NCBI GenBank assembly: GCA_029267755.1
Contig: JAJUHS010000001.1
Coordinates: forward strand, 1-58,089
Origin: Clostridiales bacterium
GTDB taxonomy: Bacteria; Bacillota; Clostridia; Oscillospirales; Oscillospiraceae
Length of the DNA stretch: 58,089 nucleotides
Reading direction: 5' to 3'
Shown: piece after piece, positions 17,071 to 25,401 of the stretch
How positions within the stretch are numbered: the first letter of the stretch is position 1
Layout: every line of letters begins with the position of its first letter
Notes under the pieces: model-generated
Seen by the model: the letters and a program-made list of their open reading frames with translations, nothing else
What the model was told of the DNA's origin: nothing
The model's database searches: none
Program-made: the position numbers and the translations under genes

Positions 17071-19281
17071 TCAGTCGGCGATTACCACGCGCACCTTGCA
17101 GCCCTTGTCGGCATCGTAATATACCGTAAGGCTATCTGAGCGAGAGCGTGCGCTTGCAAGCGTCGTCCAGCTGTCGATGCTTTCCACATATACCTGAACG
17201 TCATCGCTGACAGGTATCGTCGTGCCGTTGATATTTACATAAAAGTTTCCATACACATCCTCAGTAAAGTCGGAGCGGCCTATTCCTGTCGCCTTTGTCA
17301 GCTTTACATAGCTGCCCAGATTGCCGCTCTTGTTAAGAGAAATACCGGCGTATATTCCTGAGTAAAGATCCGAATTCCCGAGAACCGTCGACGAGCCGTC
17401 AGAATTTGTAAGTGTAACAGTTTCGTTTGTTACCGAGAAACCTCCCGAACTGGTCGTTTTAGAACCTATATCTATATATCCGTATCTATAGGCATCTCCG
17501 GTCACGTCTCTAAGGACGATAAGCGTGACATTATTTGCAGCGTCATACGACGCGTAGTAGATTTTTGAGCCCGATATTGTTTTGGCCGTAATATCGTCGA
17601 TATCCACCTCCGCAGCGTTACCGTCTACTATCCAGTCGATTATTTTAACCGACGGAGAGAGCCTGGCGCTGCCCAGCGTTTTATCGCTGAGATTCAGAGT
17701 AGAGGATACCGACTTTTCGGTCAGGTTTGCAAGACTGACATAGCCCTCTCCTGAGGAGCTTACAGAAAACAACATATTCTTATAGTTCGCTGCGCTGGTG
17801 TCGTTGATTTTACCGCTCACCGTAATTCCGTTTACCAGCTTTAAAGTTACTTTGGAGGAAGACGCGCTCGTCACAATTCCGATATTTGCCGCACTCAGTG
17901 TGCTTGTCGAAACTGCTCCAGCCACCTTGTTGTCCGCTGTCAAAAGCAGAGTAACGTTATCTCCGACACTGAATTTCGAAAGTGATGAAACGGCGCTGTC
18001 CAGAACCTCAAACTCCGCTCCGAGCACCGTGACCGTGCTTGGGGTATCGTCGTTAGGATACGCATCGTCATACCTTCCGCTTATCTTTTTATCCGATACG
18101 TTGTAAACCTGGGAGCTGGAGACATATGATATGACATCATAGGGGCAGACGTCGGAAGACGTAACCTCATAGCCGTTTTTATAGATTTTGGCCGAGGACG
18201 GGAAGGTATAACCGTTTGAAGTCGCTATCGCGGTTATATCCGAATCTGAGCCCGACGAGGCGACAAGAACATACTGAACCGTTCCGCCGTCCGAGTAATA
18301 CGCCGATACCGACATTCCCTTTTCTATGTTGTACCATTTGCTTGAATAGTCCGCCTTTTGCCCGTCCATATAGAAGGTCGGCGAAGAAGTCATGGAAATC
18401 TTGGTACCGTTTGAGCAGCTTATATAGGACGCGGTTGTATCCGTCACAGTCGAGGTTATCGTGGTCCCATCGGCCGCGGGTATGAACGTCAGCGCCTTCC
18501 CCGCCGAATTCAGGACGAGGGTGCCGAACTTTCCGACAAGGGCAGACGGGACGCTGTTGACCTTCAGATACGTCCCCGAAGACGCTCCGGCAATTTTTAC
18601 TGCGCCGGTCTGGCCGCTGTCAGTCGTAGCGTTGCCGCTCACTAGAAATACGTTTTCGACGGTTGTCACCCCGGATATCGTGGATGCGTAGGTTTTGGCG
18701 GAACCGTTTACCTTGCAGCTAAGCATGTTTGCAAACAGTACCGCCGCCTCGCCCCTTGTAATTATCGAATTTCCATAACTGGATACTCCATCCGTTAGTC
18801 CGACTTCCCCTGCCTTGCTTATGTAATCGTCAGGCCATTTCGCTCCCACGTCCGTACTCTTATACCCCAGCACTCTCATAAGCACCGTGACGGCCTGCCC
18901 GTAGGTAATCACGTCCTCGGGTCCGAAGTAACCGGAAGGATAACCCGACATTATGCCGGCGTTCCGCACCGCAAGGTTTACATAACCTGCTTCCCAGGAG
19001 GTAGCCGGAACGTCCGGAAAGATCGTATAGCCCGAGTACTGAGAAACTTTTGCGGAAAGTCCCATCGTAACTACCGCTATTTTGCAGAACTGCGCTCTTG
19101 TCAGCGTGCCGCTGAGGTCAAGAGATCCGCTTCCGTCGCCCTGCATTGCGCCCATCATTTGAAGTATCGCCGCCGATTCGTTTGCGTCTTCGGCGGACGA
19201 ATAAGCCGAAGCCTTCGGAATCACGGTTATGAACGATAAGCATATTGCCGCTGTGAGAACAAAACTTATTATTTTTTTCAT
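17071..19281 (-). CDS. SLH-domain cell-wall protein with Ser/Thr-rich beta-type C-terminal region
   Basis: Start moved to MKKIISFVLTAAICLSFITVIPKASA (ATG 19281, RBS GGGGAGAG). About three SLH segments (LTRAQFCKIAV.., FPDVPATSWEAGYVNLAV.., ITRGEAAVLFANML). The ORF-track extension to 19422 overlaps the permease gene. Confidence 0.8.
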   Translation of the reverse strand: MKKIISFVLTAAICLSFITVIPKASAYSSAEDANESAAILQMMGAMQGDGSGSLDLSGTLTRAQFCKIAVVTMGLSAKVSQYSGYTIFPDVPATSWEAGYVNLAVRNAGIMSGYPSGYFGPEDVITYGQAVTVLMRVLGYKSTDVGAKWPDDYISKAGEVGLTDGVSSYGNSIITRGEAAVLFANMLSCKVNGSAKTYASTISGVTTVENVFLVSGNATTDSGQTGAVKIAGASSGTYLKVNSVPSALVGKFGTLVLNSAGKALTFIPAADGTTITSTVTDTTASYISCSNGTKISMTSSPTFYMDGQKADYSSKWYNIEKGMSVSAYYSDGGTVQYVLVASSGSDSDITAIATSNGYTFPSSAKIYKNGYEVTSSDVCPYDVISYVSSSQVYNVSDKKISGRYDDAYPNDDTPSTVTVLGAEFEVLDSAVSSLSKFSVGDNVTLLLTADNKVAGAVSTSTLSAANIGIVTSASSSKVTLKLVNGITVSGKINDTSAANYKNMLFSVSSSGEGYVSLANLTEKSVSSTLNLSDKTLGSARLSPSVKIIDWIVDGNAAEVDIDDITAKTISGSKIYYASYDAANNVTLIVLRDVTGDAYRYGYIDIGSKTTSSGGFSVTNETVTLTNSDGSSTVLGNSDLYSGIYAGISLNKSGNLGSYVKLTKATGIGRSDFTEDVYGNFYVNINGTTIPVSDDVQVYVESIDSWTTLASARSRSDSLTVYYDADKGCKVRVVIAD

Positions 19282-19307
19282 TTGCCGTTTTCTCTCCCCT
19301 ATAAAAT

Positions 19308-20501
19308 CTAATCCGCGCGCAAAGCCACGACCGGCTGAAGCCCGGAAGCCTTTATCGCCGGATAAAGCCCAAAACCAATGCCTATCGCTATCGAAAAGGC
19401 GAAGGACGCGCAGGTTATCCATGCCATAGGCAGCAGAATCATATCGTACATTGCTTTTCCGACAATCAGGGTTATGATAAAGCCGAATATTATGCCGATT
19501 ATCCCTCCAAGGGCGGAAAGCATGCCCGACTCTATCAGGAATTGCGTTATTATTGCTTTTCTGGTGGCTCCTATGGCCTTTCTTATACCTATTTCCCTTG
19601 TTCTTTCCGTTACGGTAACAAGCATGATATTCATTATGCCTATACCGCCGACAAGAAGCGCAATACTTGCGACGGCGCCGAGCACAAGACTCAGGGAAGC
19701 CGTTTCATCGTCGCTCGCTTCCATCTCGGTGTTTTCATTGGTAAGCTTAAATTTGCCCATGGTGTCGTCGATTTTTGCGTCAAGGAAGGCATTGAGCTTT
19801 GTGTAAAGTGCTGTCATCGAGGTTGCGTCCACCGATTTTACCGTATAGGCGGAAACGGCCACTGTGCCGAGCACCTCTTTATTAAGGGTATATGGCATGA
19901 CGATGGCGTCGTCCATCGAGGATTCCGTAGTGCCGTCCTTCTGGTAATAGACTCCGACAACCTTAAGCGGAAGGGAATTAAAATAGATGGTTTCCCCTAT
20001 CGGATTCTTGTACCCGAACAGCTCCTGCACAATATAGCTGCCTATGACGCAGACATGGTTTGCACTCTGGACATCCATATACGAAATGTCACGGCCCTCC
20101 TTCAGGTCATAGTTGTTGCATAGAGAAAACTGCTCATTTCCGAGATAAACGGTGGATGTGTCTTCAATCGTGCCGCTTCCGTACTGGATAGTGCCGGAAG
20201 TCTTCATGGCGGGAGACACTCCGCTCGCGAGGCCGCTTAAATCCTTGTTGACATATTCGTAAAGCTTGTCATACATCTTTACGGAATCGCTGAAGTTGTA
20301 CATTGTCAGGGAAACCGATATCTTGTTTACGCCCATCTTTTCGTAATATTGGGTTATATCGGCGTTGTAGCCCTGCATAACCGACACCAGGCCGATAACC
20401 GAGGTCACTCCGATAATTATTCCTAGCATTGTTAGGAAGGAACGCACCTTATTGATGCGAATGGTCGCTACTGCCATCTTGAATGACTGAAGCAAATTCA
20501 T
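19308..20501 (-). CDS. ABC transporter permease, FtsX/MacB family
   Basis: N-terminal TM, large extracytoplasmic domain and C-terminal FtsX-type TM bundle (ERTREIGIRKAIGA). Overlaps the ATPase stop by 4 nt. Confidence 0.85.
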   Translation of the reverse strand: MNLLQSFKMAVATIRINKVRSFLTMLGIIIGVTSVIGLVSVMQGYNADITQYYEKMGVNKISVSLTMYNFSDSVKMYDKLYEYVNKDLSGLASGVSPAMKTSGTIQYGSGTIEDTSTVYLGNEQFSLCNNYDLKEGRDISYMDVQSANHVCVIGSYIVQELFGYKNPIGETIYFNSLPLKVVGVYYQKDGTTESSMDDAIVMPYTLNKEVLGTVAVSAYTVKSVDATSMTALYTKLNAFLDAKIDDTMGKFKLTNENTEMEASDDETASLSLVLGAVASIALLVGGIGIMNIMLVTVTERTREIGIRKAIGATRKAIITQFLIESGMLSALGGIIGIIFGFIITLIVGKAMYDMILLPMAWITCASFAFSIAIGIGFGLYPAIKASGLQPVVALRAD

Positions 20502-21190
20502 ACGGCTGTCTCCCCCCTGCTGTCGCTTATTATGTGCCCGTCGCTCAGCCGCACTACTCTTTTTGCCTTTGCCGCAATACCGTTGTCATGTGTTATGAGT
20601 ATGATAGTGCTGCCGCTTTTGTTCAGCTCCTCCAGGGTTTCCATTATCTGTATTCCCGTTTTCGAATCAAGTGCGCCTGTCGGCTCGTCGGCCATCATTA
20701 TCGGAGCCCTTGTCGCTATTGCTCTGGCTATGGCTATTCTCTGCTGCTGGCCTCCGGACAGCTGAGACGGGAAGTGAAGGTACCTTTCCTTGAGTCCTAC
20801 CCGTTCCAGCGCCTCAAATACGGCATCCCGTCTTTTGTGTGCGGGAATATTCTGATAGATCAGCGGCAGCTCTATGTTTTCATAGGCGTTGAGCGTGGAT
20901 ATGAGGTTATAGCCTTGAAAGATAAAGCCTACTTTAAGACTGCGTATCCTCGACAGGTCGGCATCCGTCAGCTCCTTGACGTTTACGTCCTCAAGGAAGT
21001 ATTCTCCCCTTGTCGGCACATCAAGGCAACCGAGTATATTCATAAATGTGGACTTTCCGGAGCCGGAGCTTCCGATGATGGCGACATATTCCCCGTAGTC
21101 TATGTTAAGCGAAACTCCGTCCAGCGCCCGGACCTCGTTTTCATGGCCCTCGTTATAGATTTTGTATACGTCTTTGACTCTAATCAGCAT
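20498..21190 (-). CDS. ABC transporter ATP-binding protein (MacB/YknY type)
   Basis: Walker A GSSGSGKST, signature LSGGQQQR, Walker B IMMADEPT. Confidence 0.9.
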   Translation of the reverse strand: MLIRVKDVYKIYNEGHENEVRALDGVSLNIDYGEYVAIIGSSGSGKSTFMNILGCLDVPTRGEYFLEDVNVKELTDADLSRIRSLKVGFIFQGYNLISTLNAYENIELPLIYQNIPAHKRRDAVFEALERVGLKERYLHFPSQLSGGQQQRIAIARAIATRAPIMMADEPTGALDSKTGIQIMETLEELNKSGSTIILITHDNGIAAKAKRVVRLSDGHIISDSRGETAV

Positions 21191-21194
21191 ACGA

Positions 21195-22985
21195 TCAGCT
21201 CCTCGGACCCATGGAGCCGCCGGACATTCCGCCCGGCATTCCGCCGGGCATTCCGCCGGGCATCTGCTGCTGTTGATTTGTCTGGCTCTCCGAATTTTTT
21301 GAGGTAGTATCGCTTCCGGTCTTTGTGCCTGTTGAGATGTACTGTTCGAACACCGTGACCCCCTCGCTCACCCCGCTTGTGATTTCCACATTGTTTTCAT
21401 CCGAAAGCCCCGTTTCAACCTTAACCGCGTAATATCCGTCGGGTACGACGCCTTCATCAAGTTCGAGTGCGTTATCCGGTTTGGAGCTTGCCTTGATGAA
21501 AAGGCAGGTCCCATACTTTGTATTTTTCAAAGCGGCAATTGGAGCCAGAACGACGTCGGTTGCCTGCGCAGCCTTTATTGAATATGTAACATAGACCCCG
21601 GCCGACAGTTCTCCCTTGCTGGGTATCGTTATTGTGACCGGGAAGTATGCCACGCCGTTTGAAGATGTCGCCTCAAGGCTTGTTTTTGTAACAGTACCCT
21701 TATAGGTTTTGCCCGACGAGCCGGATTTCGCGATAGTGACCTCCATACCCTGAGTAATGTACTCGTTTTGGGTCTCGTTGATATTTGCCGTTATTTCCAT
21801 CGTGTCCGTATTGTAAATAGCCATGGATGCGCTGCCCTTTGATACCTCTTCGCCTTCCTTAATCTTCACATAGATGACCGTTCCTGCTACCGTGGCCTTT
21901 GGGGAACACTCCTCAAGGGTTTTTTGTTTCTCCGTCAGGCTCGCTTTGCTGGAAGATATCTTCTTTTCGAGCGAAGTCAACTGCTTTGCGTAGTCTTCGT
22001 TCAGAATATATGCCAGAGTATCGCCCGCCGAAACGCGGGAATAGTTCTGAACCTTGAGCGATGAAACCGTTCCGCTTACCTCCGTGCTTATGGTTTTCGT
22101 CCTGTAGTACTTCAAGGTTCCCGACTCTGCCGGACTTATCTCCGTCCCGCCGGAATATAACGTCGCCGAAGCCGCAATTCCAGCCGTCAGGGAGCCTGGA
22201 TTGTTTACGGTTATATTTACCTTAAAGCAGGACGCGCCCTCCGAAGACACATAGCTAACCCAATCTATACTTGAAACCGTCCCCTCAAGAGCGGTCATAT
22301 AATCCGGAACCGAAACGCTTGCGCTCATTCCGGTATAAATACTGTCTTTATATGCATAGCTGAAGTACAGCGAAAGCAGCATCTTGCTGTCGTCCACAAG
22401 CGTCGCCACCGTGCCGTTCGTGCTTATTTTGGTGCCTTCCTCCACTTTCACATCAAGAATCTTGCCGTCGAAAGGCGCATTTACCGACAAATTTGCAATG
22501 TTCTGGTAGCAATCCGCAAGGTCGGACTCGTAATCCGAGATCGTGGCTTCGAGCTCGGCGATCTCCGCGTTCAGATCCGTCGTGTCCATCGTATAAAGCG
22601 GATCACCCACCGCGACCTTGCTCCCCTGTGATACATATATCTTACTGACGGTACCGTCTACCGGTATTGTAAGCTTCTGGTATGATGTCGGCGTAGTTGT
22701 CGCCGACCCCTCGATAACCGTCGTTATAGAGCCTTTTGTCGTAGTTCCGGTAATCATCTGCTTTGGTTCCTCGTAGAAGAACAGCCTATAAACGCCAAAG
22801 CCTCCGCCGCCTAATATAGCTGCAATCAATACCATGATTATTATTCTTTTGGGCGTAAGCTTTTTTGACTTTTTAAACTTGTTTCCTGAAGTCATCTTCT
22901 GTTTTCTCCTAAACGGAAGTTTGCCGGGCGATATTTCTTCCGGCTCGCTATTTGGATCTGAGCTTTTCTGCTTGATTTTTAACAT
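21195..22985 (-). CDS. HlyD/efflux periplasmic-adaptor (membrane fusion) protein with C-terminal (MPGG)n tail
   Basis: Single N-terminal TM (IIIMVLIAAILGGGGFGVY), coiled-coil segments and beta-barrel-like repeats. Ends QQQMPGGMPGGMPGGMSGGSMGPRS. Start set to ATG 22985 (MLKIKQ) after GGGGGAA. Confidence 0.75.
   Translation of the reverse strand: MLKIKQKSSDPNSEPEEISPGKLPFRRKQKMTSGNKFKKSKKLTPKRIIIMVLIAAILGGGGFGVYRLFFYEEPKQMITGTTTKGSITTVIEGSATTTPTSYQKLTIPVDGTVSKIYVSQGSKVAVGDPLYTMDTTDLNAEIAELEATISDYESDLADCYQNIANLSVNAPFDGKILDVKVEEGTKISTNGTVATLVDDSKMLLSLYFSYAYKDSIYTGMSASVSVPDYMTALEGTVSSIDWVSYVSSEGASCFKVNITVNNPGSLTAGIAASATLYSGGTEISPAESGTLKYYRTKTISTEVSGTVSSLKVQNYSRVSAGDTLAYILNEDYAKQLTSLEKKISSSKASLTEKQKTLEECSPKATVAGTVIYVKIKEGEEVSKGSASMAIYNTDTMEITANINETQNEYITQGMEVTIAKSGSSGKTYKGTVTKTSLEATSSNGVAYFPVTITIPSKGELSAGVYVTYSIKAAQATDVVLAPIAALKNTKYGTCLFIKASSKPDNALELDEGVVPDGYYAVKVETGLSDENNVEITSGVSEGVTVFEQYISTGTKTGSDTTSKNSESQTNQQQQMPGGMPGGMPGGMSGGSMGPRS
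21225..21260. repeat. 12-nt tandem repeat x3 inside the adaptor gene (encodes the MPGG repeats)
   Basis: CATTCCGCCCGG, CATTCCGCCGGG and CATTCCGCCGGG are read consecutively. Confidence 0.85.
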
Positions 22986-23157
22986 ACTTGTTCCCCCATT
23001 TTGTTTTGCATGCGGATGCAATTTATGCCAACGCAGGAAATGTTATCATCAAATTCTGAAATTAATCTGAAGTTTTAGGATAAAACTTAATGTGGAATTT
23101 TCGCCATAAATAATATATAATTATTGTTAAAGCAACCGGTGGAAGGAGTGGTTTCGA

Positions 23158-24723
23158 ATGCCCGGCCTGCAGTATCTGCTCAACCTGCTCGGAGATAATG
23201 TTACAGATTCCAGGATAATCGTACCCGTTCCTCTGTCCGACAAAATTGAAATCTTGGATGATCAGGACTACCTCTGTGCCGACACAGTATATATCGCGCC
23301 CTCGGTGACGGCAGATCTGTTTCTGCGTAAGGAACCTGTCATTGAAGACGGCGCGCTTTTAATAACTTCCGATACGGATTCGCTTCTCAACGATGAGCTT
23401 GTTTCGAGATTCCCCATCAATCTGATTCAGACGCGGATGAAGTCCGCCGCTTTATATAACCTGCTGAGCAGGATGTTCAGGAAAATAGAAGCATGGGAAA
23501 GAAATTTTGAGCGCTTATCCCGACCCGGCGCAAATGTCCGGGAAATTCTGCAATATATCGCAGATGAATCCGGGGCGTCGGTCTACCTTATCGAGGACGA
23601 AAGATACACCTCCGTCAGCCGAAACGAACGCATTTCGGCATGGCTTGCATCAAACTTTTTCAGAAACGGAGTTCTGAACGAGAAGTGGATAGCGGAATTC
23701 AAAAATGCCTGCACCCCGTGCGGCGGCTTCCTTAGGCATTATTCCGACAAAATGGGAATCGCTGTTTATTTCAGGCAGATTCAAAACCGCGGCGGCTTGG
23801 GCCTTTACATTGTTCTCGCCTATGAAAACTCCGGAAACCTTGACCATGCGTTCGGCAAGCTAGCCGTGGACACCATCTCAGCCAAGCTTAGTTCCGGAAC
23901 CGACCCCGCCCTGCTCGAAGATTCCTCTGCTTTCGGAAAATTCTGGCAGGACATCTTAAGCAAAAAGTATATCGGCAAAACTGAAATCTATGACCAGCTC
24001 AACAAGTTTCGGAATTCTCCTCTGCTTTTCGTGCGTGTGATTCTTATTGTCTTCGAAAACAAGGAATGGGACGATGCGGCATGCTGGAAGATTATATGCC
24101 AGCTGAACGAGCTTTTTCCCGGCTGCACCATTACCTTCGGCGGCGGCGAGGCCGTCATACTAATGTATCACAACGAAAGGATATTAAACCTCAAACTGGA
24201 CGAGCCCAAAATAAATGCGTTCCTGATGAAATACGACGCCTATATGGCCGTAGGCAACAATACCCGCGACTATTCCATGCTGCGCACTCATTACCTTCTC
24301 TCTAAGCGCACCATATCTCTCGCAAAAAAGCTTAATGTCGAAAAAGAGAGCAGAATATGCCGTCAGATAAGATATAATGAATACTGCATAATCGATTTCT
24401 GCGTCGAGCGGTTTGTTGAGGAGTTCGGCCACGACGACATCATCTATCTCATGCACCCCGCGGTCGTCCAAATCTTAAGATACGATAAAAAGTACAACAA
24501 TAATCTCGAGGATGTGCTACATTCCTATCTTATCAACGACTGCAACGTTACAAGAACCGCGGAAGAAATGTATATGCACCGCAATACTATAATAAATAAG
24601 ATTAACAAGATCATGTCGCTTATAGATGCGGATCTGAGCGACCCTAGAGTCCGCCAGCAGCTTCTGTTCTCTCAGCAGGTGCTTCGGTACTATGAAAAGG
24701 TTATGAATCTTGAAGTCAACTAG
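23158..24723 (+). CDS. PucR/CdaR-family transcriptional regulator
   Basis: C-terminal HTH region LHSYLINDCNVTRTAEEMYMHRNTIINKINKI is typical of PucR C-terminal domains. RBS GGAAGGAG. Confidence 0.7.
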   Translation: MPGLQYLLNLLGDNVTDSRIIVPVPLSDKIEILDDQDYLCADTVYIAPSVTADLFLRKEPVIEDGALLITSDTDSLLNDELVSRFPINLIQTRMKSAALYNLLSRMFRKIEAWERNFERLSRPGANVREILQYIADESGASVYLIEDERYTSVSRNERISAWLASNFFRNGVLNEKWIAEFKNACTPCGGFLRHYSDKMGIAVYFRQIQNRGGLGLYIVLAYENSGNLDHAFGKLAVDTISAKLSSGTDPALLEDSSAFGKFWQDILSKKYIGKTEIYDQLNKFRNSPLLFVRVILIVFENKEWDDAACWKIICQLNELFPGCTITFGGGEAVILMYHNERILNLKLDEPKINAFLMKYDAYMAVGNNTRDYSMLRTHYLLSKRTISLAKKLNVEKESRICRQIRYNEYCIIDFCVERFVEEFGHDDIIYLMHPAVVQILRYDKKYNNNLEDVLHSYLINDCNVTRTAEEMYMHRNTIINKINKIMSLIDADLSDPRVRQQLLFSQQVLRYYEKVMNLEVN

Positions 24724-24784
24724 CATTTGTTAAAAATGTGGTATTTTAGCCCAAACAAACTGATCAAATTGTGTATTCATCATG

Positions 24785-24813
24785 TTGACAGAAGGTAATA
24801 TTCCGTTTATAAT
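24785..24813 (+). promoter_or_regulatory. Consensus sigma-A promoter of the amt leader
   Basis: TTGACA (24785-24790), 17-nt spacer, TATAAT (24808-24813). Confidence 0.65.
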
Positions 24814-24852
24814 TTGTATAAAAGTAAGCAGTCGGTTATAAATCAATATTCT

Positions 24853-24905
24853 TAAAGACAATGGGGTCAAAACAGGCGTCTGCCGCGTTTTGATCTTTTT
24901 GTTTT
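24853..24905 (+). terminator. amt-leader attenuator unit 1 (GACAATGGGGTC box, hairpin, T-run)
   Basis: The box lies at 24857-24868. GGTCAAAAC (24865-24873) pairs with GTTTTGATC (24887-24895), followed by TTTTTGTTTT. Confidence 0.65.
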
Positions 24906-24936
24906 ATCGATTCAATCAAAACTTAATACTGTATAA

Positions 24937-24993
24937 TAAGGGACAATGGGGTCTGAACGCCTTTTGCGGCGTTTGGGCCCCATATTTTTTTGT
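24937..24993 (+). terminator. amt-leader attenuator unit 2
   Basis: The box lies at 24942-24953. GGGGTCTGAACGCC (24948-24961) pairs with GGCGTTTGGGCCCC (24968-24981) over 14 bp including G:U pairs, followed by ATATTTTTTTGTT. Confidence 0.65.
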
Positions 24994-25002
24994 TATTGCA
25001 TA

Positions 25003-25050
25003 TAAGACAATGGGGTCTGAACGCTTTTTGCGCTCGGGCTCTTTAATTTT
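25003..25050 (+). terminator. amt-leader attenuator unit 3
   Basis: The box lies at 25006-25017. GGGTCTGAACGC (25013-25024) pairs with GCGCTCGGGCTC (25030-25041) with one mismatch and some G:U pairs, followed by TTTAATTTT. It ends 6 nt before the RBS of the next ORF. Confidence 0.55.
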
Positions 25051-25073
25051 ATAATCAGAGGAGGTTTTTAAGT

Positions 25074-25376
25074 ATGAAAAAAGGGTTTTTAAGGCCGGCG
25101 GCACTCATCAACGCGCTCTTTGCTTTTTCAATTCTGATTACGGCTATGGGAACGGGCTTTGCTGTTTACAGCACGGTTAAAAATGTAAGCTTAAACGTTT
25201 TGACCTCACAGGTTCCCGGCGCGGTTTTTGGGGCAATCATCGCATTTTTGGGCGTGAGGTACCTTCTGGCGGTCAGAAAGCTGAAAGCGGAGGTTTTTAA
25301 AACCAAAGCCGAGTTTTCCCGGGACAATTTGGGGAGGACCCACCCGCAAAGCGTCATTAAAAAGCAGGTAGATTAA
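25074..25376 (+). CDS. Small membrane protein (100 aa, two predicted TM helices)
   Basis: Strong RBS GAGGAGG 9 nt upstream of ATG. Hydrophobic segments LINALFAFSILITAMGTGFAVY and VPGAVFGAIIAFLGVRYLLAV. Lies 25 nt upstream of amt. Confidence 0.6.
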   Translation: MKKGFLRPAALINALFAFSILITAMGTGFAVYSTVKNVSLNVLTSQVPGAVFGAIIAFLGVRYLLAVRKLKAEVFKTKAEFSRDNLGRTHPQSVIKKQVD

Positions 25377-25401
25377 AAATATTTTATATGAGGTGATTTT
25401 T

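Noticed and set aside
19282-19422. N-terminal extension of the SLH protein ORF
   Set aside because: It overlaps the permease gene, is Arg/Gly-rich and has no signal peptide. The internal ATG 19281 gives a classical signal peptide with an RBS.
20483-21307. 274-aa plus-strand ORF
   Set aside because: Antisense to the ABC ATPase, which has intact Walker A, Walker B and signature motifs. No RBS and no recognisable motif.
24853-25050. The three repeats considered as a mini CRISPR array
   Set aside because: There are only three copies with unequal spacing (85 and 64 nt). Each repeat is part of a hairpin plus T-run, there are no cas genes, and the repeats lie inside a promoter-to-RBS leader.
24815-25073. 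Known glutamine (glnA RNA) riboswitch, T-box, or complete ANTAR dual-hairpin site in the amt leader
   Set aside because: From memory, the conserved cores of these elements are not present. Only a single short hexaloop hairpin per unit can be drawn, and there is no paired upstream hairpin. An Rfam/Infernal scan is needed to be sure.
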